Shown here: in pieces, positions 28,651-40,400 of the stretch
Layout of the letters: each line of letters opens with the position of its first letter
Position numbering within the stretch: position 1 is the first letter of the stretch
Assembly: GCA_030264375.1 (NCBI GenBank)
Contig: JASCQW010000001.1
Coordinates: 114,812,252-114,876,251 of the forward strand
From: Carcharhinus longimanus
Taxonomy: Eukaryota
Length of the DNA stretch: 64,000 nt
Direction of reading: 5' to 3'
Made by a program: the position numbers and the translations under genes
Notes under the pieces: generated by a model
The model's input: only the letters and a program-made list of their open reading frames with translations
Database searches by the model: none
What the model was told of the DNA's origin: nothing

Positions 28651-28825
28651 AAAACAATCTCAGGATCTCTCCTTGTGTAAGAATTATGCTTCACACCTTT
28701 CACAAATCTAGATAGAACCTACAATCTGTGACAAATACTAAGTTAATACATTCCCATTGGCGCAGTATGTACATATAATTGCAATTAGCATCATTATGAA
28801 GGTTTCTTTACTAACATAGAAATCA

Positions 28826-29045
28826 TACTGAAATTTTCCAGCTGTTCCCGCCAGCAGGGTCTTCCAGTCCTGCTGAAGTTGACCCCCCCTCCCCCCGCCA
28901 CACTGTTGCAGCTTCCCTGACAGCAAAGGGTGAAAACAAACAAAAGGAAAATTCATTGACAGCAGTAGGACTGGAAGGTCCCGCTGCCAACCAATCAAGG
29001 GCCGCCACTGCAAAACACAGTGCAGGGAGGTTGAAAAATCCAATC
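28826..29045. mobile_element. Small non-autonomous DNA element (MITE-like)
   Basis: Imperfect terminal inverted motifs (ACTGAAATTTTCCAG / TTGAAAAATCCAATC) and internal inverted CAGGGTCTTCCAGTCC / GGACTGGAAGGTCCCG. Similar ends occur at ~8000, ~21060, ~24800 and ~27260. Confidence 0.55.
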
Positions 29046-29445
29046 CATACAACCATAAAATCCCTACAATGCAGAAGGAGGAGATTAGGCCCATTGAGTC
29101 TGCAGTAATTCTCTGAAAGAGCACCTTACTCAGGCCCAATATCTGCCCCCTCCCCCCACAACCTCTAGTCCCCACCCCACCATTAGCCTTTCTCCATAAC
29201 CCCGTATGTTTACAATGACTAATCCACATAACCTACACATTTCTGGACATCTAGAGGCAATTTGGTTTGGCCAATCCATCTAAACTGCATATCTTTAGAC
29301 TGTGGGAGGAAATTGAAGCACCAAGAGAAACCCATGCAGACACAGGGAGATAGTGCAAACTCTACACAGAACTCACCCAAAGCCATATTGAACCCTGGTG
29401 CTGTGAGGCAGCAGTGCTAACCACTGTGCCACGGTGCTGCCCCTT
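29046..29445 (-). mobile_element. Near full-length HE1-type SINE
   Basis: Same tail, body and head as the 26.1 kb copy, ending GCTAACCACTGTGCCACGGTGCTGCCC. Confidence 0.8.
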
Positions 29446-29549
29446 GTTTTCAATCAGATGAGGAGTGGAGTGATGGCTCCTCTGTTTTCTCACTCCTAGA
29501 TGGAATTTTATGGCCCCTCCTGTGGCAGAATTTCATATTCCCATTGAAG

Positions 29550-29842
29550 TCAATCGGGGTCCTTGTGCATGAGTCGCAAAAACCCAGCCTGCAGGTGCAG
29601 CAGGTGGTCAGGAAGGCAAATGGGATGCTGNNNNNNNNNNNNNNNNNNNNNNNNNNNNNNNNNNNNNNNNNNNNNNNNNNNNNNNNNNNNNNNNNNNNNN
29701 NNNNNNNNNNNNNNNNNNNNNNNNNNNNNNGGAAAGTGGAACTGATCCACTTCAGATCAGCCATGATCTTATTGAATGGCGGGTCAGGCTCGAAGGGCTA
29801 GATGGCCTACTCCTGCTCCTACTTATGTTCTTATGTTCTTAA
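29550..29842 (+). mobile_element. CR1 3' end spanning an N gap
   Basis: GVLVHESQKPSLQVQQVVRKANGML, then a 3' UTR ending CCTACTCCTGCTCCT-(CTTATGTT)n. Confidence 0.85.
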
Positions 29843-32800
29843 GTACCACATTTTACAGCCCTGCATAAAATTCCATGCCTAGTTTCTCTGCAAGTTTCTT
29901 AAAAAGAGGACTTGCTTGCCAATTTAGTAAGTGTTTACATGCTGTGATTATAAAAGATACATGCAGACAGGTTTTTTATTGTGCATAACCTGGCTAAGGA
30001 AAATAATAAAAAATGATCCAACTTCCACAGACACATTCAAAGTTCACATTCACACAAATAGATTACAAAGTGAGAGGATTGTTTAAGCAATTTAAAGTCT
30101 GGTAAAAGTTAAAGGTTTAAATACAGTTCATAAAGGATAGTGACTGGACTGGTTTCATGGTGGCCCTCCTGGGTACGAATGGAGGCAGTTTAAAGATTTA
30201 ATGGGCTATTTATCTGTTTTTCTGAAGGTAGCAGATGCGGAATTTAATTTTTAAAAAATCTGTTTGTGTCACATGGAGAGTCAAAATACAGCAGAGTTCA
30301 AAACTTGCACGTGTTTGGATAGAGGAAAACCAACACAGAGATCTTGTTTCTTTAGCATTTCATACGCCTATGCGAAGAAAACAGGTGCTCAAACACACGA
30401 AAAGTGACCCTCTCTCTCCGACTTCCTAATTACCCGAAAAATGGTTATAGCATAATGGGTTACAGATGTATGGTTTCATGATTAGATGATGTCTAGCCAA
30501 ATTAATTTGACAGTCAAAGTCCAAGTGATAGTGGTTTGTCTCCACCCAGTTGAGTATTCAGGTGATTGGATGTTTTGCCAGCAGGATAGGAGATGATTGC
30601 CGTTCAAACTCCTTCAAGGAATTGTTTCTGGACACTTTGCAGATTGATTGTCTCCTTTTCAATGGCTTTGGAATGCAGACAGCAGCATAATGTGGATGTT
30701 CAACTATCTTTGGTTGTCCATGGAAAATGGTTTCATCCTTTTTTTTAACCTATTAGTGATTTCCAGCCCATAAATTCATAAAGTTATTTTTCATAACAGT
30801 TTCAATATTCATAATAGTTTAAATCAAAATATTGGGCAACATATTTTTCTAACAAGCTAATTTGTCTACAAAGTTTGAAATTCTGTGTGCTCCAATGACC
30901 TATAAAAGGATATCATCTCAATAATACATATATATATTAAAGTCTGTGCTCATCTCAGCAAAATCAAAAACTAACTTCTAAGTGGAACAATTAATGGGCT
31001 AACTAATCCTTACACCATTGCCTTTGAATCCAATCACAAGTCCATCCTCTGTGAGAGTTGCCAGGCTTCAAAGTATACATTGGATATCTTTGTATTATCA
31101 AATATCATAAACATTATATGCCAAACTTGGTTCTTATTTGTAAACATATTTTTGAATTGTTTTACTGCAAACTGCTCTCTGGCTTTTGCACTGAACTACA
31201 CTGAAGCATAGGTATCATTACACAAGTAAGTAGACAAGTTAATTCTAATTCTACTAACAATATAGGCAAGCAAAACTTCATGTGTGAACAACACATACTT
31301 TATATAATTTATTAAGGCATTTAAATGCTAGATTATAACAGTGACTACACTTCAAAAAGTGCTGAATTGGCTGTAAAGTGCAATGGAGTATCCAGTGGTC
31401 ATGAAAGGCACTACATAAGTATGTATTTCTTCCATTCCCAACTTGAAGCATTCTAGAATAAGGTCTGTTACTATGATTTTTAGTTTTGTATTTCTTCTTC
31501 CATACACTAACAGTCCCCCACTCATTTATGTGCCTCCAGTGGCACTTTTTACTATGATGCTACTGTTGGTCAAAAGAAAATCGTTTCAATCAGAGCCCAA
31601 GATTCCATTAATATTTTCAGAAATCTAAGCTCAAATCCAACGGAGGAAACTACTTGCAAGTTCTTTTTTCCTCACAGTATTTTTGAACTAAAAGATCAAA
31701 AAAACCATTGGATATTACTGCAGCATTAAGGTGAAATCCATTTAGTCTTTTCTTGATTTTGGGCCAGCACAGGCATGACCTTCTATATTGTACAATCCTA
31801 TCATTTTAATTCTATCCATTCATCATTGATTCTCAATGATTTTTGTTTAGGTTTCTCTATTTTTATGTACTTTTCATAGCTTATAACTCATTGTAGTTAT
31901 TTAGCTGAACTATAAGTGCCCTGTTTCATATGTTTCTTTCCCCTTATTCATGTTCTTTATCTATTTTCATTAAAGTGAAATCTGCTTGTTTGTTTCATTT
32001 ATTCTTATTTCATTCGTGTACTTTTCTGCCCAGATTCTAACTTATGATTTCCTCTGCTAAACTGTTTTACTTAATTTCTTCCTCTTTCCCCCTCTCACAT
32101 TAAGATCTAGCAAGGGTAGCAAGAAGTAAAGATTATAGACAAAGAAAGACCACTTAAGAGTTTAAAATGTTTAGAACAGTACTGACAGAGGTAAGTGCAA
32201 CACCTATGGAACAAAGAGTCTTGGTAGGGAATAAAACTAAAAAGTACAGAAAATATTCAAAATAATGAGAGGACAGAGCAGTAGCAGAAGAAATAATGGG
32301 CACTGAATTATTTGAAGAAGCAGGAAATCAGAATGGACATAAATATTGAATCAAAATAAGAAAGAGATGGCAAACAAGTGCAAAGAAGATTGGAGATGGA
32401 GGAGACCTGATATTAGTAGATCCAACAGCAGTTCTATAACAGCATGATAACACAGGACTTCTGTATATTAGAGGTGGCAACAGCAGCTGATTTGTTGCTT
32501 ATTCCTACCAGAGTATTGTTTTACTTCAGAGTTTTTCTTTCATGAAATACAGAGAAGATGAAAAATTCATAATAAACATAAAAAGCTCTTATTTCTATTA
32601 CCTATACTAACCTTTCCTGCCAACTGTTTTAAACATAGATTATTTGACATTATTTGATACAATGATATATAATTACAGACAGAATAAACACCTAAGAGTC
32701 TTTATATGTCTCACCAAAAATGTAGCTGATATTTCAATTTGACATTAAAAAGCTTACTGTAAAATTGATGCTAATTTCTCTTTTAAACCTATGTTGTTTT

Positions 32801-33369
32801 GAGCTCTCTATGAACTTCAATTGTTGATACAAATCAAATAATTGCAGTTTAAAACAAAATCATTGCCAGGCTTTGTTTGTATAATTTAAGCAATTTAAAG
32901 TTAGAAATTATTAACTGTTCCCAACAAATAAAGAGAATTTTGCAGGAATTGGATACCCATATTTAAATAAGACACCAGGGCTGATTGTCACTGCATATAA
33001 TCATAGACCTTATGCTGTACATATCACACAAAATTTTGCAATGTGTTTTTACATCATTGTTAACTTATGAATGGTCCCATTTAACTGATTTTCTATTCAG
33101 GTTTCCCATTCTTATTATGGACACTGAGGAGTATTTGGTCACTTGCAATACATCAGAACAAGCAAAATTTGAAATATAACTGAACAAAATGGAGGTCACA
33201 GACTATTTTAGTGGTTGAGGCAAACTGGACCAGCAAAGAAAATACTACATGCAAATTTTTAAAATGCTGTATTTGAATTCAATGGTGTACACGCAATTTC
33301 CGAGTATGTTCTAACGCTTTTTGATTGCAGATGGGCTTAGATATCTCATTGCAACAAAGCAAATGGCAT

Positions 33370-34720
33370 ACAGTCATAGAGTTGTACAGCATTGAAAAGG
33401 CCCTTTGGTCCATCGAGTCTGCAGCAACAATAACTAGCAAAGTCGCACTAATCCCATTTTCCAGCACTTGTCCCATGTCCTTGAATGTTATGAAGTTTTA
33501 AGTGCTCATCCAAATGCTTATTATAGTTGTAAGGTTTCCAGCCTCTACTACCTTGCCAGACAGTGCACTCCAGATTCCCATCATCCTCAGAGTGAAAAAG
33601 ATTTTTTCTAATATCCTCTCTGAAATCTCCTGTCTGTTACCCAAAAACAATGCCCCCTTCTGATTGACCCCTCAACCAAGGGGAACAGCTGCTTCCTATT
33701 CACCCTGTCCATAAACTTATGCGCCTCAATTATGCTCCCCACCTCCCTCAGCTTTCTCTGCTCCAGAGGAAACAATCCAGCCTATCCAGTCTCTCCTGAT
33801 AACTGAATGTTCCATCCCAGGCAACATCCTGTTGAATCTCCTCTGGACCTCTCTAGCGCAATCACGTCCTTCCTATAGTGAGATGGCCAGAACTGCAAAC
33901 AGTTCTCCAGCTGTGACCTAACCAACATTGTATACAGCTCCAACATTACCTCCGAGCTCTTATACTTTATTCCATGACTATTAAAGAAAGAATCACAAAT
34001 GTCATCTTAACCACCATACTCACCTGCTTTGCCGCCGCCTTGTATCCATGATTAAGTTCTTTATGGTCCCTCTGTTCCTCTGAGCTTTCTAGTGTCCTGC
34101 CATTCATTAAATACTCCCTTGTCTTGATACTTCTTCCAAAAGTGCATCACCTCACATTTATCATAGTTAAATACCATCTGCTACAGCTCTGCCCATCTGA
34201 CCAATCCATCTATATCTTCCAGTATCCTACCACCTCCTTCTTCACTATTAACTACCCTCCCAATCCTGGTGTCACCTGTAAACTTGCTTATCACTACCCC
34301 CACTTTATCATTTAAATGATTTATGTATATAACAAACAATAAAAGACCCAACACTGAATCTTGTGGTCTGCCACGAGACACTGGCCCCCAGTCACTCAAA
34401 CAGTCTTCTACCACTACCCTTTACATTCTATTACTAAGCCAGTTTTAGATCCATTTCACCAAGTTTCCTTGAATTACATGAGTTTCAACCTTCTCAGTCA
34501 GTCTTTCATGTGGGATCTCATCAAAGGCTTTGTGAAATCATTATAAACAACATCAACTGCACTTCACTCATCCACATTATCACATCTTTGAAAAATATTA
34601 CAAATTTGTTAGGCATCACTTCCCTCTAACAAACCCATGCTGACCATGCCTAATTAACCTAAGCCTTTCCAAGTGATGATTAATTCTCTCCTTCAGAATT
34701 TTCTCCAATAATTTCCTACC
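33370..34720 (-). mobile_element. Decayed CR1 ORF2 3' half
   Basis: VSRGRPQDSVLGLLLFVIYINHL...SKFTGDTRIG are degenerate GVPQGSVLGP and FADD motifs. A CR1 3' tail lies near 33370. Confidence 0.85.
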
Positions 34721-36056
34721 AATGTCCTAGTTGTACCAAAGGGGCAGTCAGGCCAAATGGAAATTGGAAGATTTCCCAGGTTTTCCTGTGAATTATTCCT
34801 TTGTACGGAAAGTGCTATAGGATCAGAAGTTAGAGAAAAATAGGTACCACATATCATTCTTGTGTTAAAATTAGCCACTTGGGGAATTAATTCATTCCAA
34901 TTGGGGGAATGAGCAATGGACAACAAATTGCAAAACTGTGACAAGCTAGCTTACCTGAAAGGCTCTGAGATTCCCACAGGAAAGGAACTTGATGAGGCCC
35001 AGATTTTGCAGTTAATGATTAAATCCTGCTTATTGTTGTCTTTGAAGAAATCAGCTCATGAAGATCTAGCAAGCTGTAAAGATTCCATCTTTCCAAGTGT
35101 TAGCTTCATTCTGCTGCCAGCTCTGAGGAACTTGGATGTCTAGCAACAGTGATATCATGAAGCAGGATAAGCAGCCAATCACAATTAAGAATTCCCATGG
35201 ATAGCAAGCTAGAAAGCAGCAAGCAGGATTATCATTTACATTTTAAAATTTTATAGAAAGCAAAATAATATACAATTAAGGTCAAGGCTGAACTATCAGA
35301 CAATTATTAATTATTTCAATAATCCATGAAAATTATCATGGAATAGAGAATTCTTTTCATTTTGCAATATGAAATTAGGTTTTCAAAGGCAAAATGCTGC
35401 TCCACAGAAATTATGATTGATTAGACCACTAAAACCCAGTTACACACAATGAGAATAACACCATGAAGTGGAAGTTTAGATCAATTCAGTGATTTCAAAT
35501 TGACTTCTATCTGTCAACAGCACACACTGTGAAGTAGTCGGGAATCACTCAGAACTTGTATGTCAAGCAACAGGAGTGAAGAACTTAGAGTCTGAATTTA
35601 AGAGTAGAATTTAAAATGTTATCTAAGAAAGTGATTTTTGTTAAGTTTTTGCAAGTGTGGAAATAGGATACTAAGTGCAGTGGTTGAGACACTACAATGG
35701 TTCAAGAAAATCAGGATAGAATGGATGAAGGTTCTCCAATTGGTGGTGGAATGAGGGATTTGGAGAGCAAAGTCCCATTCTCTGGAAATAGCTGAGATAG
35801 TAAGGTGTGATTTAAGGCACAGAATGAATAGAAAAGATTATTTATAGTTTCATTTGGAATTACTCAGACAACTTTGAACTAGACGGTTCAAGGTGGTCAG
35901 ATGCCAGAATATTTTTCCACATGGCTTTGAAAAAGGCTGGAGTTAGACCAAATGTAGAGCAGACTCCCAATCGTGTTTTCTGAAGCTGATCACATGCGTT
36001 TACTAGAATCAAATCCTCAATCTGATTTATGCTGACACTTTTATGTTGATGCTCAC

Positions 36057-36194
36057 CTGAATCTCGTTCACTTCAACGCAAGGATCAGAGCATAATAGCA
36101 TCCTTACACATGCAATTTCCCCCTGTGCTTTCCCAAGCGTACTGTACAAGCCTACTTTTTGACTTGCAGCTGTCATGTACGCAATGAGTAGCTC
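36057..36194 (-). other. Candidate 138-nt internal exon of an unannotated divergent transcript
   Basis: Minus-strand acceptor (T)11CCCAG| and donor CAG|GTGAGC. The phase-0 frame is open. Confidence 0.45.
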
Positions 36195-36279
36195 CTGGGA
36201 AAAAAAAAAGTCGTGCCAACCATAAAACAAAGTGTTGCAAGAAACATTTCTACAGTTTGGGGGAATTGCCTGCCACATC

Positions 36280-36660
36280 CAGGTGTCGCAGGGCGCTGCC
36301 ATTCTGAGATACAAACTTGTTCAAAAAAGTGGTATTGTGTTTGGAGGGCGCTCATCCCAAGCCCTCGAGGAAGAAACCAGGCGTCTCCAAAAGTGGTGGA
36401 GAGGAAATGCAATAGCTCATTTTACCTCATCGATCGGAGGAAACGCGACCCTTTCTGGTCACCGCGGTGCCGGTTATTGACGGAGACGGCGGAGGGATAA
36501 CTTCCCGCGCGGAAATCCTCCAGTCATTGTCGTCATTCACCTGCTGGGCCGCTTCCGGCCAGACTGACCCCAGAAAATGGCGCCAAAATGGGCTCGTGGC
36601 GCTGCAGTTAAGCCCTTCATAATAAAAACAGAGCCAATGTGCACAGAACTCCATCTCCAT
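36280..36660. promoter_or_regulatory. CpG-island promoter-like element
   Basis: Abrupt CpG/GC enrichment. YY1 AAAATGGCG (36574-36582), ETS CTTCCGG (36552-36558), E2F-like TTCCCGCG (36502) and GCGCCAAA (36580). Minus-strand donor GAG|GTAAAA at 36426/36425. Confidence 0.55.
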
Positions 36661-37109
36661 GGTTACTAAGCTTTATAACTATGGATGGATGGATGACCTG
36701 AGAAATGTTACCAGTCACCCCAGCTGAGTTCTGATGGACCAATAGCCAACTTGCATCTATCGGAAGACGCTATGTGGAAACACAATGTGTCAATTGATAG
36801 ATTGAAAACGTAAACATAGTACCTTGTAATGGAATAACCAAAGTCGTGCAACATAAATCCGTTTCACAAAAACCTATGAGTTGTTTTCCTAATCCAAGGC
36901 GTGGCCTCTGAAACCACTTAATTCTGCTGGTGAATTGTTCTATCAATGATGAAGTCCGACACCATTTGCGGTCCAACAGTTATAGAGACTGTTGATACGT
37001 CAGCAATATGATACTCAATTATTTGCTGTTACTCCTAACCGCAATGTTTGCTTTAAACATAGTGAGGGACCAAAAAGACTTGGGCCTTTCACCGTCTTTA
37101 TAGCCTAAG

Positions 37110-37450
37110 TACTTCAGAAGTGTGGTCACTGCTGTGCCACAATAACAAGGTGCCATAGACAGAAATGTGATCATCTGTTTCCGTGCATTGGATTACGAGA
37201 TAAATATTGGCCAGAACATTAGAGGTAACTTCTACTCTTCTGTGAAATAGTGCCGTGGGATATTTTTCATCCATCTTTGACGAGAGGTGGGAAGTTGGGT
37301 TAACATCTCACTCAAGTCCCTTTGACAATACAGCACTCCCCCGGTGCTGCACGGGAGAGTTTATTTTACATCCAAGTCCTAAAATTATGTTTGAATCCAC
37401 ATCCTGCTAGTTCAGAGGCATGAATGCGACCAAATGAAACACAGACAACG
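37110..37450 (-). mobile_element. Old Deu-domain SINE copy
   Basis: ATAAATATTGGCCAG...GAAATAGTGCCGTGGGATATTTTTCATCCA...GACAATACAGCACTCCCCGGTGCTGCAC is collinear with the 10.3 kb Deu-SINE. Confidence 0.6.
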
Positions 37451-40400
37451 CGATGTGCATGAACTTGGCATCTATGATCATTATATCCGGACATACCCCC
37501 ATAGTATGCCACATCCTACACTGAGAACGTATTGATGCAAACGTTTCAGGTACAACTGGTGAAATGCTTTCATTTATATAAAATGATTTGACATGGAACT
37601 GTTTCCGTTCTTTATACGTGAGTATTCGAATAAAGCAAAATATTTTAATCAACTATTTCAGTGTACTACCAATGTTTAAACAAACGTGATGCATGGATTA
37701 TGAAGTTTTACTAACTACATATTAACCATTTTTATTTCCCATCAGATTTGTATTCCTAGCAATTCTTATTAAGTACTTCAATTGCCTATCTCGCCCTGGG
37801 GTAAACGAAGTTCGCGTGAACATTTTTGTTTTTACGTTAACAGTTTAGAAAGGTATGTTATGGTAAGCCTAGTTGACGTCAACACACTGAAATGCCGACG
37901 ATACGGGTTTCCGCAGTGCTCAAATACCTATTGTTGCAGTTCCATTCAATACAAAGTGGATCTGAATGACCCGCTGTCCGCTTCTGAACAGATAACCTCT
38001 ACTTATATAACCCGTGGAAAGGTATTGCAGAGCTGGATTGGTCAGCAGCGCTGTTCATCAGCTCACCTTACAAGAATTGTAATAAAGAGTACTTAAGAAA
38101 CAGGAATGTGAATGCAAATACTGTAATAGGGAAAATAGCGCACGTGACATTCTCTACCTCAGAATAATAAATTATTATCGAACAGGTACCTGATTTCCCC
38201 AAATATAGTGCTCCCGACTCTTTTCGATCTTCCAATAAACAAGGTGCACGATGTATGCCTTGCCAAACGAGACATGATTGTGTAAATTTGTTTCCATGCT
38301 AAATATGTGAGGCATGTTATTATAACCACTGCGAAAACGTTGTTCTCCAGGTGGGATTTGCTTTCGTGTCTGGTGGCAGACTTTGTCCGTAGGCTTGTAA
38401 AGCGGCAGGTATCTACCCCATCCCACACAGGTTTCCGAATTATATTTTATTTACTCGTATTTCCCCCTCCCCCTCCCGCAATGATGTTATATCAAACACT
38501 GATGCGACCACAGGCGGTAAAACCGCGAATCTAAAACGATTGCTAATTCCAATGGTGAATCAGCGCGAGTATCATTCCGAATTAAATATTCAAAGACCTA
38601 TGTACTACTTTACAAGAGTCATGGATCAAAGATAAAAGAACATTATAGAGCTTTGAATAATTTATTTTATTTTTAAAATAATTTGTTGATGTTACCTGCC
38701 CACAGTCCAGATCGATTTTGTTACAAATAAAATAACGCCCAGATTTGAGAAACCTGCCCAAACGAGGATAAACTATTTCACAATCAACACTTTCAGAACT
38801 TTTTTGTAACGATACGATTTTAGTTAAATTAAAATGATGCTGGGACTGACTTAGCCCGGATTCTGAATCTATACAAATGTTAACTAAAGTGCATCCGAAA
38901 GGCGGTAAATGTTTAATTCCATCAGAGAGTGTCGTCTTCGAAACGTTGCTAAAAAGGCCCCTCGACAGTGCCAGCATCATTTAGAATGAATGACTTACAA
39001 CCTGGAGACCGAGAATTCGAAATTACCGACCTTTTAGCTGTCTCGGTAAATCCTAACACTCACTGAATTAAACATGCCTAACTCACCCTGTCTACCGCTC
39101 AATATTCAGTCTCTACAATTATTAAACAAGGTGTTGTGTCTGTGTATGTATGTGTTGTTGCGTGGAGGGGGAGCGGAGGGTGGGGGCTGCCGAGCTACAT
39201 TAGCGTCAGTTACTGAAAGTTTTTTTTTGATTTTCTTTCTACGTTCAAACCACAAAACAAAACTCAGTGCACGTGCATATTTCAGTGTTGTGAGGTTGAA
39301 CGTGCATCTCATTGAAAGCAGCAAAAATCAATCTACCTTGGCACAATCCAAAAAAATCAATCAAAAATGACAGTAATACTGCTGGAACGGGAACAATATT
39401 CCGACCAGTCCATAAAAGTTACTCGGTAGAATTTAGGTAAAGTACTTTGAATTCTCAAGTTTAAAACGTTGCATTGAAAACTCTTTCAGACCAATAATGG
39501 ATGGCACGCATTGCATGTTTCCTCCGCCATCAGAATGGAAACCCTTACCTCATATTCTAGGGGCTGATCGGTTGCCAGAGATAGTCTGTCCGAATGTAGT
39601 GTTACAAACATTTTGTTCTGCTTACTTATAAACTAAACGATTCGTTTCAAGCTTTCTAAATCAGATACAAGGCAATCGTGACCGAGTGCTCAGCGCAAAC
39701 TGATGTACTTTTCTTTTGATTACTTCAACTCTGCTAACCTGTAACAGGCCACCAAATCAATCCATTCATTAACATATGATCATTCTACCGTGATAATGTG
39801 CGTGCAGTGTGCATTGACCGGTGGGTATGGCGTTATAGCCCAATATCCTAATCATGTTCTTTGCAACCAAAGCTGGTCGTTCATGAAGGAATTATAATTA
39901 GATGCCCGTATTATTTTAGTAGCGACAAAGCTATGTGCGGCCAGCCACCCCATTATGTGTCATCTGTGCAGTACAAAGAGTAACGTGGAACAGAAAATAA
40001 CTTCCATCCATTCTGGAGTCGCAGGCGTTCAATATTTTATCAATCCGCCAGGAAGACGGTTTATGTTCAAATAAAGTAAATCGCTGCTCCGCGACAGGCT
40101 GCTGGGAAGATTGACATGAATTTCCATTAATTCACGGTCCATCCCAATTAGTGCAGTTAAAGAAAACGACAATAGTGCAATTATGGAAACTGGGCCGGAG
40201 GATAGCGCGTACACAGACACACATAGAGAACAAGAGTTGCCAACGTGGTGATACAGACATCTGCTGAAACCTGTCAAATACAAACGAATATAAAGTTTCA
40301 CTTGTATGATAGAAGACGGGGCATTGATAGCTTCTAGCTCCATCCCTGTCAGGAGATGCATGTTTTTGAGTAGTTGATATGGTAATTAAGAATTTCGTGA

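Noticed and set aside
118-29445. tRNA genes
   Set aside because: The A/B-box matches are SINE heads attached to SINE bodies, with no complete cloverleaf.
6023-29730. Roughly periodic spacing of the N gaps as a biological signal
   Set aside because: They are assembly gaps associated with repeats, and distances across them are unreliable.
36280-36355. CTCF sites at the domain boundary (GCAGGGCGCTG, GGAGGGCGCTC)
   Set aside because: Only the 3' half of the motif matches, which is insufficient without a PWM scan or ChIP.
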